34,215 nt of DNA from Octopus bimaculoides (lineage: Eukaryota): NCBI RefSeq assembly GCF_001194135.2, contig NC_069007.1:2222248-2256462 (forward strand). Reading direction: 5' to 3'. Shown here one piece after another: positions 11,243-23,788 of this stretch. The notes below the pieces were generated by a model, which saw only the letters and a program-made list of their open reading frames with translations, did not search any database and was not told the origin of the DNA. The position numbers and the translations under genes are program-made. Position 1 is the first letter of the stretch. Each line of letters opens with the position of its first letter.

Positions 11243-11798
11243 TATATATATATATATATATATCAAGAGAGGGGAGGGAGAGAGAAAAGAAGTGTAATCC
11301 GACCCAGCGAACACTATTTAGGGGAGTTGGTTTGGGGATTAAAAATGCATCGGAGTCTTAAAACGTGTTGTAGTTGATAGATTTTAGATCTTGTAACACA
11401 TTTATTAAAAATACCAAACCGGTTTCGACTTTTTTGTTTTTCACTGGTAAATAAAAGAAACGTTTAGGAGTGATAGAAGTTACATGCGTAAATTCGGAAA
11501 AAAAAACATGCTTAGAATATCAAATATTCATACTAATTCGAAATTTCAGTAAGTTTTATGGATACACAGTAACACAAAGAGATACACAGTAATACAATTT
11601 CAAATGTTCAACGAATATGACGGAACGTGACTTAAAATAGACTTACCAGATTCTATCAGGTGGTCCTATTAAGTACGACATGGTCTCGGCCAATTTTTGG
11701 TCGAAACATATCTAAATTAACTAAGTCATTTTTTTTTATCTATCTATCTAGCTATTACCTATATATATATATATAGATATATATATATATATATATAT

Positions 11799-12011
11799 AT
11801 ATAAGAGGGATGACCATTAAGTGGACGTCCATTATGCTAGAAGTAGACCACTTATGGTCTGACCACTAAGAAGAGATTGTTCTCAAGAAAATTCACAAAC
11901 ATTCTGGCGTTTGCTGAATTTTCTTGAGAACAATCTCTTCTTAGTGGTCAGACCATAGGTGGTCTACTTCTAGCATCATGGATGTCCACATAGTGGTCAT
12001 CCCTCTTATAT
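11799..12011. mobile_element. 213-bp near-perfect palindrome, probable foldback MITE
   Basis: Arms of about 102 bp (ATATAAGAGGGATGACC...AAAATTCACAAAC and GTTTGCTGAATTTT...GGTCATCCCTCTTATAT) differ by 5 substitutions and one 1-nt indel. The loop is 8 nt (ATTCTGGC). Both ends are TA, with a (TA)n tract on the left. Confidence 0.8.
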
Positions 12012-12137
12012 GCATGTAACATAATTTTTCTGAATCTTCAATTTTTTCAATATGCTAGGCCACTGGTTTTAAATTGATATTAAGTTAATATTCAATCTTT
12101 CACCCTGATTACTTAAATTCATATATATATATATATA

Positions 12138-12967
12138 NNNNNNNNNNNNNNNNNNNNNNNNNNNNNNNNNNNNNNNNNNNNNNNNNNNNNNNNNNNNNNN
12201 NNNNNNNNNNNNNNNNNNNNNNNNNNNNNNNNNNNNNNNNNNNNNNNNNNNNNNNNNNNNNNNNNNNNNNNNNNNNNNNNNNNNNNNNNNNNNNNNNNNN
12301 NNNNNNNNNNNNNNNNNNNNNNNNNNNNNNNNNNNNNNNNNNNNNNNNNNNNNNNNNNNNNNNNNNNNNNNNNNNNNNNNNNNNNNNNNNNNNNNNNNNN
12401 NNNNNNNNNNNNNNNNNNNNNNNNNNNNNNNNNNNNNNNNNNNNNNNNNNNNNNNNNNNNNNNNNNNNNNNNNNNNNNNNNNNNNNNNNNNNNNNNNNNN
12501 NNNNNNNNNNNNNNNNNNNNNNNNNNNNNNNNNNNNNNNNNNNNNNNNNNNNNNNNNNNNNNNNNNNNNNNNNNNNNNNNNNNNNNNNNNNNNNNNNNNN
12601 NNNNNNNNNNNNNNNNNNNNNNNNNNNNNNNNNNNNNNNNNNNNNNNNNNNNNNNNNNNNNNNNNNNNNNNNNNNNNNNNNNNNNNNNNNNNNNNNNNNN
12701 NNNNNNNNNNNNNNNNNNNNNNNNNNNNNNNNNNNNNNNNNNNNNNNNNNNNNNNNNNNNNNNNNNNNNNNNNNNNNNNNNNNNNNNNNNNNNNNNNNNN
12801 NNNNNNNNNNNNNNNNNNNNNNNNNNNNNNNNNNNNNNNNNNNNNNNNNNNNNNNNNNNNNNNNNNNNNNNNNNNNNNNNNNNNNNNNNNNNNNNNNNNN
12901 NNNNNNNNNNNNNNNNNNNNNNNNNNNNNNNNNNNNNNNNNNNNNNNNNNNNNNNNNNNNNNNNNNN
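12138..12967. other. Assembly gap
   Basis: 830 N. Confidence 1.
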
Positions 12968-13870
12968 ATATATATATTTGTAAATGATAATAATAATAAC
13001 GTAACAACAAAAGAATAAGACCTTTTACTGTTTGTTCTAAATCATAATATATATATATATATATATATACATACTTACATATATACATACACACATACAT
13101 ACATATATACATATATACATATAAATATGTGTGTGTGTATTTATATGAATATGTTTGTATTTATGTACACATATCAGCACCCAAATACATGTCGGTGTAT
13201 ATATGCGTTTAAACGTATATGTGTTTGTATATGTGTGCATATATCAAGATGAGGTAAAACAGAAACACAGCAATACATCGTTTCTCTCTTTACCAGGCTT
13301 CACTGATTTGGACTGCTGCTTTAAAGGGTCGCAACCTTCCTTTATTGCCATCCCTAAAATTAGCCTCCCCACCTCCGGCCTTCATTGTATCTCTCAATTC
13401 TAGTACATATGTTTTCGATCACCATTATTCCTCGAATTAATATAGATGGTATAGGTATTCAGATCTAATGAAAAAAAATATACGTAGACGTATGTATTTA
13501 AACCGTCACATACATGTCTGACAACATATGTAAGGAGAAGAAAAGACAGGACGTTAACATACGAAATGGATACATAGACTGACAGATACGTGGAACCCAA
13601 ATCTCCTTCAAATTGTTTGAAATGAAACAACGACCCCCTGAGATTTGTCGATCAATAGGCGAAAGTTATCTTTATGGTATTTTAATTCCGTATCGCTGCT
13701 TACCAATTCGCTTGATTCCAGACCCATAAAAATAATAATAATTATTAACAATAGAATGGTATACGTCTGGGGAATAAAATGTAATTATATATTGAAACTA
13801 AATTCCTCTGTCTTTCCTTGGCACTAGTTCCTCCTCCTTCTCTGTGTTTGTGTGTTTCTCTTACTCTCTC

Positions 13871-13885
13871 GCTCTCTCTCTATTG

Positions 13886-13969
<84 letters not shown>

Positions 13970-14005
13970 ATGCATGTATGTATCTGTGTGTGTGTGTGTG
14001 TGTGT
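13871..14005. repeat. (TA)n then (TG)n microsatellite
   Basis: About 48 TA units, then a TG run. Confidence 0.95.
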
Positions 14006-14267
14006 GATAATCAACTTGTGGAAAACTGCAAACTGTTTTACAGATGGCGGGACGCTATACGTTTAGTAGAGTAAATTTTATTGATAATATTGGTCAGACT
14101 TGGGACATCAAATATCACCTTCAAAAGCTTAGTCAACCATCAAACACACACGCACATACACACACATACAGAGAGACACATACACACACACACACACACA
14201 AGCAAACAAACATAAACACGCACTCACACATGTGTGTATATCTATTATGATGTACTTGCTTCAGCCA

Positions 14268-14410
14268 TCCGTGGGCGGGCAAGATGGGGAACGGTCATTA
14301 AGGGTTTTAGTGGAATGAATGGACCCCAGAAATTATTTTCTTTAAGCATGGTTCCTATTATAATAGTTCCATTTTCCGAACCACCAATTTACGGAAACGT
14401 AGACAAATCG
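14268..14410 (-). mobile_element. SINE family A, 3' part (strongly decayed)
   Basis: TTCAGCCAT...AAGGGTTTTAGTGGAATGAATGGACCCCAG...TTTTCCGAACCACCAATTTACGGAAACGTAGAC is collinear with 480-625. Confidence 0.6.
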
Positions 14411-14765
14411 AGATCGAATGTCGAGTGATAAACAAATCGAGGCCGAATGTCGAGTGTCGCAAAGAGAAGGACACACATACAGAAATACACACGTGCACGG
14501 AAATACTCACTCAGGTATTCTTCTACCCCTGAATTTCAATATAGACTACACTGCAATAGTGTTATAAGACTACGAATACTAAATCAGTAAGAAACACGTA
14601 CCAATATATTTTCTCAACGACTTCTACGAATGCCTTCATAAATGACACTGCACATACAACACTGTACGTCGCACTGTCAGTACGTATGCGGCTTTTTAAA
14701 GTATTGAACAGTTTTCTTGCTATCCCAAAGGAGTGTCGAGATGTCACCACAACAGCTATATATAT

Positions 14766-15182
14766 TATTTCTTGCAATGCTGGTACTAGTTAGTACCCAC
14801 TGGCACGTTAGTGACGTCTATATTTTTACCTTTAGGTAGTTAAATTCCTAATAAGCCACCCATGTTATTTGTAATTTTCAGTGAAATCAACGTATGAGTT
14901 CAACAGATATCATATACACTGACGAGGTGAGCTGAATTTAACCCTAGGAGTCATAGGACCACCGATCGGAATAAAGATTCACAATTCGAGATCCTCGGTG
15001 ATCTGACCATACAGGGAGCTTGTCTCCCTTGTCAGCCATTAACATAGTACTACCTGTATCTATTGAGTTGCTTTGACACGTATTTCTAGCAATGCTGGTA
15101 CCACCTAATGCCATCTGTCACTACAGTGTCGTCTATAATTTTGTCTTTAAGTTGTTAAATTACTAAAATGCCATCCACGTTA
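14766..15182. repeat. Pair of ungapped 102-bp imperfect direct repeats (14766-14867 and 15081-15182)
   Basis: Manual alignment gives 79/102 identities with no indels, offset 315 bp. Confidence 0.85.
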
Positions 15183-15317
15183 GTCATGTGTTTGTGTGTG
15201 TGAGTGAGTGTTGGATATGTTTCTTTCGATTTCTGTCTACCAAATTCACCCAGAGAACATCCGATGGGCCCAGAACTATATATGTGCATGTAAGTATATA
15301 TATATATATATATATAT

Positions 15318-15364
<47 letters not shown>

Positions 15365-15641
15365 TTTATTTGGTTGGCGTTTGTTCAATGACTTGCATTT
15401 TATATCTTTGTAATTTTCTTCCGTCAAAATTCCTTAAATGCTATCGTGGCAGTAAATATTTGGTAATATTCATGTAACGAGTTCCATTATATGTGCGTGT
15501 ATTTGTGGAACCAGTTCTTTCTAGACGTATTATAAAGGGTATTTTATGAATGGCTGCTAGAGATGTGGCTTGTAGAAAATATTTCATTTATTGAAGCTTT
15601 TACTTGAAGCCACTTTTTGTATCTTTTTGTTTGAATTATAA

Positions 15642-15712
15642 TTAATAGCAGGTCCCGTGAATATTTAATAGCAGGTCCCGTGAATATTTAATAGCAGGTC
15701 CCGTGAATATTT
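15642..15712. repeat. Three perfect tandem copies of a 23-bp unit (TAATAGCAGGTCCCGTGAATATT)
   Basis: Units at 15643, 15666 and 15689. Confidence 0.95.
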
Positions 15713-17803
15713 CACCGAATTAATTGTAAACAAAAAACCTGGAAATGTAGCCTGTGTTGTATCTATATCAAAAGATAGTCGCTTCACTGCTACTCGTTGG
15801 AAAGTGAAGGAAATTTGAACACGATGATGACTTAATACTCTTTATATATACACTATATATATATTATACACAATTTTATAGACGTAATACATATCACTGT
15901 CCCTCTTACTCTTCTTTCTCTCTCACTCTTCGCCTTACTCTCTTTTTCTCTTCTTTTTCTTTCGTTCTTCGTCTTTCCTTTCAAATAATTACTTAGTTAA
16001 AAAAAAATACATTTCAATCACCACCACTTTTCTCTCTGCTCCCCTTATCACCCGCTCCTCCCCTCTCCTCTCATTTAATCACGTGAAAGCGTTACGGACG
16101 GGCTAATTAACGGAGTGACAAGCAGATTTATTATAAGATTTGGTTGCGTTTCATTTTTGCGGGTGTGTTCGTGTGTGTACATCTTGTTTACATATGAAGC
16201 AAGAAGCTGCTGAACAATTTTATAGTGAAAACAGAATGATAGGAACGGATTCGGAGAACGAGACAATGGGCCAGTACGATTAAAAAATAATAATTCAGGA
16301 TTACATGTATTATCTGCAATTATATTAAAAGATGTTGATGCCAAAATGTTTAGGTTTATTGACTTAGCACAAAGGATACTGAAAATTATTAGCTTTTATG
16401 TGGAGAGAAATACTTGGCAATCTCTCAAGGAGTATAAAAAAATGATCAACGGGCATCAGTTCTACATATTTCTAATATCTATCCATTCATGTGTGTGTGA
16501 GTGTGTGTATGTTTGTATGCGGTTGTCTGTGTGCCTGTCTGTATGTGTGTGTATCTATGTATGCATGTATATATGTATGTATATATGCCCATATATATTT
16601 AGTCACTGTGTAAATAAGATGCCACACCTAAATGTACACGACAGGTTGACTCGTAGTTTCGCACAACACAACACTTTCGTACATTCTCTCTTTCTCTCTC
16701 TCTAACTCTTTCTCTGTCCACACACACACACACAACACACACACACACACACCAGCGTGTGCACAGACACGTATATTGCTCATTTGCCAAGTATCAATTG
16801 ACATCAATTAACCTACACACAAACGAAAATACACAAGTACAGTCACAATGCAATAACGAAAACCATATTTTTGCGTCTAGATATACACACTCGCGCTAAC
16901 ACTACGTAGGCTCGCGTACACATACGCCCCATGATAATATTATTTTATAATATTATTATGGTTTTCTGTTAAATATATACTCAATGTACGCTTAATTTGT
17001 ATCATCACCCTTCATTTTCTGGAAAATGTGAGCGTAAGTTCCCTGTAACCAGTGCCGATGGAAGACCCATAGAGGCACTAATATTTTGGTAAACCCATTT
17101 ACTTTAATTCAAAAGCATAATAAACCATAAATTCTTGTTAATTTTCAAATTGCAGCAAAACTAACAGTGTGATGGAAAATCATGTTTATTTTTGTATACT
17201 TCCACTTTATTTCTGTTCGAAACATTTTCTCCTATTTTCAGTGGCAAAGACTTTGATCAGGTCTTTCGTATGACACCATGAATCCTTCGAAATTGTGTTT
17301 CCAATCATATAAACCACTCTGAATGTTATTTAAACGTATTTAAAGTGATTTCTTTTGTGCCATAAACCATTTACCATTTCTCTGGTGCCCATCCCACCTC
17401 CTTCCATTAATGCCCTAAGCACGTAGTTTATTTTGCTTAATGTTTAATCCAGCGATGCTTGTGAGTAGCCAACAATGTTCCATGAACTGACGAATTTTCG
17501 TGGAAATGTAAGCATTCAATCGTGTGTTGTTCGCATTGGTTGAGATAGAGATCATAATGCAAATATCACGTGATGCTTCTACGCTACAAATGGACAGCAA
17601 GGAACGAGAATGAAAATGGAAGACTGAAATTGTCTTCATTGAAGTATATACTGTTAGAGGTTGCAACAATGCATAGAATTCAGGAAACAATAACAGAATC
17701 TTAGGTTAGATCAGAATTGACACCGTACGGATTTAGATGCGAATTTCATTTTCGATCGATAACTTGGAACTTGGACTGGTCTGATGGCAAACTTCCGTTA
17801 AAA

Positions 17804-17918
17804 GTGATGAGAATCGAATAGATCCTACTGGCATAAAATCTTGTTTGGTAAGATTCTACCTGACAGACACGATCGGAAGTTTTCATGATGACATGGACAG
17901 CAACTTTGTTTTCACTGA
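17804..17918 (+). ncRNA. Candidate box C/D snoRNA
   Basis: GTGATGA (17804), CTGA (17860), ATGATGA (17885) and CTGA (17915) occur in C-D'-C'-D order. There is no adjacent terminal stem and no target has been identified. Confidence 0.2.
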
Positions 17919-18325
17919 AGATATCAGATACGAGATACGGAACTAGGTTTGTATATGCTAGTATAAGTATATATATATGAGTGAAATGTGTGTGAAAACA
18001 TGTGTGTGTGTTTGTCTGAGTGTGTGTGTGTTTGAGTGCGTGTGTGTGTGTGCATGTGTAACTGATGTTGAGGCGGAAGTCTAATGCGTCCACGTCAATG
18101 GATAGGGAAAATGACGTCGATGCATATCGAATGTCTGTTTGGATCCAAAAGACAGAATAACTTTCGGACATAGCGACTCGTTCGATATAGAGGTGAAGAG
18201 GTTGTGTAGGAGTGCATTCATTATCTATCTATCTATCTACCTATCTTTATATATGCATTATGTATTTAGTTATGTATGCGTATATATAAATATACATATA
18301 TGTCTGTGTATATATATATATATAT

Positions 18326-18542
18326 NNNNNNNNNNNNNNNNNNNNNNNNNNNNNNNNNNNNNNNNNNNNNNNNNNNNNNNNNNNNNNNNNNNNNNNNNNN
18401 NNNNNNNNNNNNNNNNNNNNNNNNNNNNNNNNNNNNNNNNNNNNNNNNNNNNNNNNNNNNNNNNNNNNNNNNNNNNNNNNNNNNNNNNNNNNNNNNNNNN
18501 NNNNNNNNNNNNNNNNNNNNNNNNNNNNNNNNNNNNNNNNNN
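18326..18542. other. Assembly gap
   Basis: 217 N. Confidence 1.

Positions 18543-18631
<89 letters not shown>
18543..18631. repeat. (AGAT)n microsatellite
   Basis: About 22 perfect units. Confidence 0.98.
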
Positions 18632-18632
<1 letters not shown>

Positions 18633-19296
18633 TCGTGAGTGTTTGAGTGCATGTGTGCGTATAACATTTATTACAAATATCCTTCCTTCAAAACATCCCA
18701 CAGAGGCGCAATATTCCTCATTCCTTCCCCGCCCAACCAGAACCTTCATCACCCAAGTTGGGAACCCATAAGCACTAAATGCTAAAACATTTTCTCCATT
18801 ACTGATATGACAAGATTATAATCGATCATGAAACTATATGCCATGGGTTACGTGAACTTGACGTAGCCTTTCAACGTGTAGAGGGCGCTCTATACCTTTT
18901 GCAGTGACAGCAGTCAATGATAACCTTTCAATATATATATATATATATATATATAATTTAGGACGGCATGTCTCCATTGATCTGAATTGATGGTGTAGGA
19001 TTTTCGTCGTGTTAGGCGTCAAAAGCTCGAATATGTTGTTTCTAAGCTAGATTCGAAATACTGAGCTACTTGAAACATTTAAGAAACAATGGAGAAAGAG
19101 AGAGAGAGAGAGAAAGAAAGTGTGTGTGTGTGTGTGTGTCTGTGTGTGTGTGTGTGTGTGTGTGAAAGAGAGGAAGAGGGTGAGGAAGGGAGAGAGAGAA
19201 TGTTGAGAAATAAACAGTAATATATGCACAGAGCAACGTCTCATAATAAATATTGATATCAGAAGCTTTCGTATACATGTTCGTGTATGTTAGTTG

Positions 19297-19352
19297 ATAT
19301 GATATGATACGATACGATATGATGATATACGATATGATAGGATATGATATAG
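19297..19352. repeat. (GATAT/GATAC)n pentanucleotide repeat
   Basis: GATATGATATGATACGATACGATATG... Confidence 0.85.
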
Positions 19353-19600
19353 TATGTATGCACGTTCTTTTCTGTTTTTATTTATTTAAATTCTTCTTTT
19401 GAGGAAAGATCTGGTTTCTAACAAAGATAAGAAGCTCAATAGTTGGAATATAGATAAAGCAAATGACGTCACTTTTTAAACCTGCGAAAAGTCTTGCATA
19501 ACTTTATTGTTCCGCTTACAGATTGTATTTGTTTCGTGCTGGTTAGTTACTTGATATCTGTTTTTTTTTTCCTCTAAAATCTTTTATTATGTGTTCGTGA

Positions 19601-19646
19601 AAATATAAATAAAATCCTAAAAATATAAATAAAATCCTAAAAATAT
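19601..19646. repeat. 20-bp tandem duplication (AAATATAAATAAAATCCTAA, about 2.3 copies)
   Basis: Direct inspection. Confidence 0.9.
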
Positions 19647-20219
19647 TTTTAAAAAAAGGAACAATTGGCCAGATTGAAGCTTCATAATTCTCTGTCTCTT
19701 GTATTCCACTCGAAATTTAGGTTTGTCAGACATCATCACCCTGTTTCTGAATGGGAATTGCACTAAAGGTACACATGTCAACGGAATATTCAGCCATGCA
19801 AGCACTCATTCTATAGGCAGTAGTTCAGTTGTTCAATAGCTGCTGGTGTTTTGGAGCGAACATAGAATACGGTGGTTTCGATGGGAACTATTTTTGTGCG
19901 CACACACACACAAGCATAAGAGCCCGCTCGCGAGCTGGTGACTATAAAAACAAATATTATAGGTTTTCCTTCCGAATGACATTAAACCAGAGAAAGCAAT
20001 GAAAATTTAACCGAAACATCTAAGTGCTCTTTTATATCAGACCATACGTACTTTAATAAAAGAGGAAATAATTTTTACATTTCGCTTTATTTCATTCTTG
20101 GTTTGTGTCAAAGGTGATCGGCAGTCTAATTTATTCTTGGTACAGAGAAAATATAAATATGTGCTGCTTTAGAAGAACACAAAACAGTTATACATACAAG
20201 CCGATTTAATTAAAAATAT

Positions 20220-20309
20220 GCATACATACTCACACACGCACTCATATATACATACATATACACACGCACTCATACATACACACACACGCACATATATATA
20301 CATACAACC

Positions 20310-20340
<31 letters not shown>

Positions 20341-20800
20341 TACATACAACCACACACATACACACAACCACACACACACAGAGACACACACAACCACACA
20401 CACACATACACCCAACCACACACACAGACACACCCAACCACACACACACAGACACACAACCACACACACACAGACACACACAACCACACACACACAGACA
20501 CACACAACCACACACACACATACACACAACCACACAGACATACAACCACACACACACAGACATACAACCACACACACACACACACACACAACCACACACA
20601 CACACATACACACACAACCACACACAACCACATACACACACAACCACACACAACCACATACACACACATACACACACATACACACAACCACACACACACA
20701 CATACAACCACACACACACACAACCACACACACACAACCACACACACAGACGCACACAACCACACACACAACCACACATATATATATATATATATATTCA
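20220..20800. repeat. Compound (CA)n minisatellite punctuated by CAACCA, CAGA and CATA
   Basis: Recurring CACAACCACACACAC(A/G)GACAC blocks. The 169-216 aa ORFs here are artefacts. Confidence 0.9.
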
Positions 20801-21087
20801 TATATTCGGATATACCCATACATTCACGGATCTGAAGAAGTTGTAAAATTGGGAAAAGTAATGCAATGATAATATATTTAAAGAAAAAAGTTGTAGATAC
20901 GTATTTGGGTTTACGTATTCCTTAATATTATTGTATTTTTTGGCGTTTCTTACTCTTGGTTATTTGGGAGAGAAATGAGAGGGCGATAAGTAGTATTTTA
21001 TGAAGTTGAGCAGCTCCAAAAAGGTCGAAAAACACATCAAGGGAAGAAAGTGGAGAACAGTGGAGGAATGAAGGCGTTTTATAGATA

Positions 21088-21121
<34 letters not shown>

Positions 21122-21469
21122 CATACACACACAGAGGAAGAGAAATAGATAGATAGATAGATAGATAGATACATACATACGTACATACATACATACATAG
21201 ATTAGATATTATAGATAGGGGGGTGGATGGATGTATACATGGATATAGGAATGGATTGATTGATAGGTGAGGTATCATCATACACATGCAAATAAATATT
21301 TCCTCTTTCAATTGATTGGTTTTGCAATTCGGGAGAAAATCTTTTTCATGGCAAAACTCATGTATGCGTATGTATCCACATGCGTGGATATTTCTACCTT
21401 CCTATATGGATGTGTGTGCGTGTGTGCATGAACATATCACCGCAGTCCAATGACAAAATCATGTAAGAA

Positions 21470-21684
21470 ACACACACACACATATATATGTATGTATGTA
21501 TGTATGTATATATTTATATATATGTATATATATATATGAATATATAATGAATATATATATATATGCGTGTAAACATACTACATATATATAAATATTTATA
21601 CAATATAAATATAAACATATCTATTCATATATATATTAATTCTATTATTAATTGACGATTCCCTTCCCTTATTCTTGTATATTC

Positions 21685-21781
<97 letters not shown>
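21470..21781. repeat. (TA)n-rich field including a long pure (TA)n run
   Basis: TA run at about 21685-21781. Confidence 0.9.
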
Positions 21782-21782
<1 letters not shown>

Positions 21783-22038
21783 TATAATCTCCGCCAATGT
21801 CAATCACGCATATAAATATATGTACATAAGCCCTTAGATAAACACATATATACTAATGTATTATCACATTTTTAAATATGTATACACACACATATACACA
21901 TATATGCATATGTATTTATGAGAGTGTGTATGTTTGTGTAATACGTAGATAGAGGACATAAAAATGTTACTGACGTAAAAAGACGTGGTATATTTATACA
22001 TAAGTATATCTATATTATGTGTGTGTGTCTCGTAAATA

Positions 22039-22081
<43 letters not shown>

Positions 22082-22949
22082 TTACGCATGTATGTGTGTG
22101 TGTATGTACGAATATGTGTAAGTATTTATATATTTCACCACCGCAGTGTCATTCTGGTTCAAAGACGTAGTGTAACAAGAAATCTACGGCTATCAAAAGC
22201 CATAACACACATGAAAAGATAAAAATAATGAACAGATCTGATAGAATTTGAAATACTAGTATTGGAATAAAATGCATTCACGATTGGAAATATATAAATG
22301 TCTAACTGCATATGTTTATGAAGAATTTTTCGTTCGATTTTCATGCCATTTGAACTAGAAATATAACTCTGTGCTAAGAATTGGTTGATAATATCAGACA
22401 GATTGATGTTTTGAATATTACGTTGCTATGACAACAACACCAAAACTAAAAAAATTATAATAGTAAGAGGGAAAAAACGAGTACAAAAGTTCGGTTGCCT
22501 AGATTTGATGAAAACAAAAACGAAAACTGAAATATCGAAAAGTTCCATAAAATACAAAATATATCATAGCTTCTGTAAACGTATCAAATATTTAAGGAGT
22601 ATTGAAGGAGTAAAAATCGAAGATAGTTATTGATATATGCTATCGATTGCTTTATTAAGCGAAAAAAACTCACCAAAATAAAAGGATTTTTTTACGGAAA
22701 TTAGAAATAAGTGCACCGAAGTTGGAACACTCCTTCTCTTTCTCTCTATCACCCACTCACACAGAAACATAAATACACACGCACACACAGAAACACAGAT
22801 ATATACGTATATATTTCTATATGTACCATTGAATGCTTATGCATATATATATATAATTATATATATAAGAATACACACATCCACATGCGTATGCACATGT
22901 ATAAAAACATCTTCGCGTGTGTGCATGCGTGCGTTTGTGTGCGTGTCTG

Positions 22950-23006
22950 TGTGAGTGTGCGAATATTACATATATATACGCATATATGTATATGTGTATA
23001 TATTTA

Positions 23007-23043
<37 letters not shown>

Positions 23044-23056
23044 TGTATCTATCTAA

Positions 23057-23139
<83 letters not shown>

Positions 23140-23285
23140 CATATATATATGGTATATGTATATATACATATATATATGGTATATGTATATATACATATAT
23201 ATATGGTATATATATATATATATATATATATGGTATATGTATATATATATATATATATCATATTATGTATATATATATATATATG
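22950..23285. repeat. (TA)n field with an embedded 27-bp unit (ACATATATATATGGTATATGTATATAT, about 3 copies)
   Basis: Units start at 23139, 23166 and 23193, with a partial copy near 23230. Confidence 0.85.
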
Positions 23286-23752
23286 CTTGACTTAAAGGAG
23301 ACAGTGTCTTCGAAATTATTGCACCACTAGCTAGAAAAAAATAGAGTGTTATCATTCACATCAGAAGTGACTAGACGTTAAACAAGGAACGCCATATTGG
23401 ATAATGAAATCGTAGATGCGTCTGATGGAAATGCAGGGTGGTCACAACAGGAAGTCTTTGATCTTAGGTCTCTTAGATCATGGTTGTATAAATGCCTAAA
23501 TAAATGAGGTATTAAAAAAATTAGCCGATATTATGTCGAAATCGATAGCCAGCCAACGGAAATCGAAGACCAACAAGAGTGTAATGGCGGGTCGATATTC
23601 ATGTTTACAAAAGTGTACGTATGTATTCGCATGCACATCTTATATTTATTATTAATGCAAACTGATATAATGAGAACGTAATTTAAAATGTCCTTGTCAC
23701 GAACCTTTCATACCTATATTTTGCGCGTCACACATACGTGCGCGCCTGCAAA

Positions 23753-23788
<36 letters not shown>

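Noticed and set aside
11675-11712. GGCCA-ATTTT-TGGTC-GAAAC, a hammerhead stem II plus GAAA
   Set aside because: There is no CUGANGA-like core upstream and no stem I.
13294-13403. Exon-like segment with an acceptor on + and a donor on -
   Set aside because: No consistent exon model on either strand and no recognisable peptide.
14741-14839. Signal-peptide-like MSPQQLYILFLAMLVLVSTHWHVSDVYIFTFR*
   Set aside because: Only 32 codons. Hydrophobic runs are common in T-rich DNA, and it overlaps the direct repeat.
15642-15712. CRISPR-like interpretation of the 23-bp repeats
   Set aside because: The units are contiguous with no spacers, the context is eukaryotic, and there are no cas genes.
17415-18171. 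Minus-strand ORFs of 91 and 141 aa
   Set aside because: The longer one runs through a CA microsatellite, the two are not joined, and no motif was recognised.
19920-19950. TATAAAA preceded by a short GC-rich patch
   Set aside because: TATA-like words are too frequent in this AT-rich DNA, and there is no linked gene.
20169-20835. His/Thr and Cys/Val ORFs (also at 22711, 27760 and 31046)
   Set aside because: They are translations of dinucleotide repeats.
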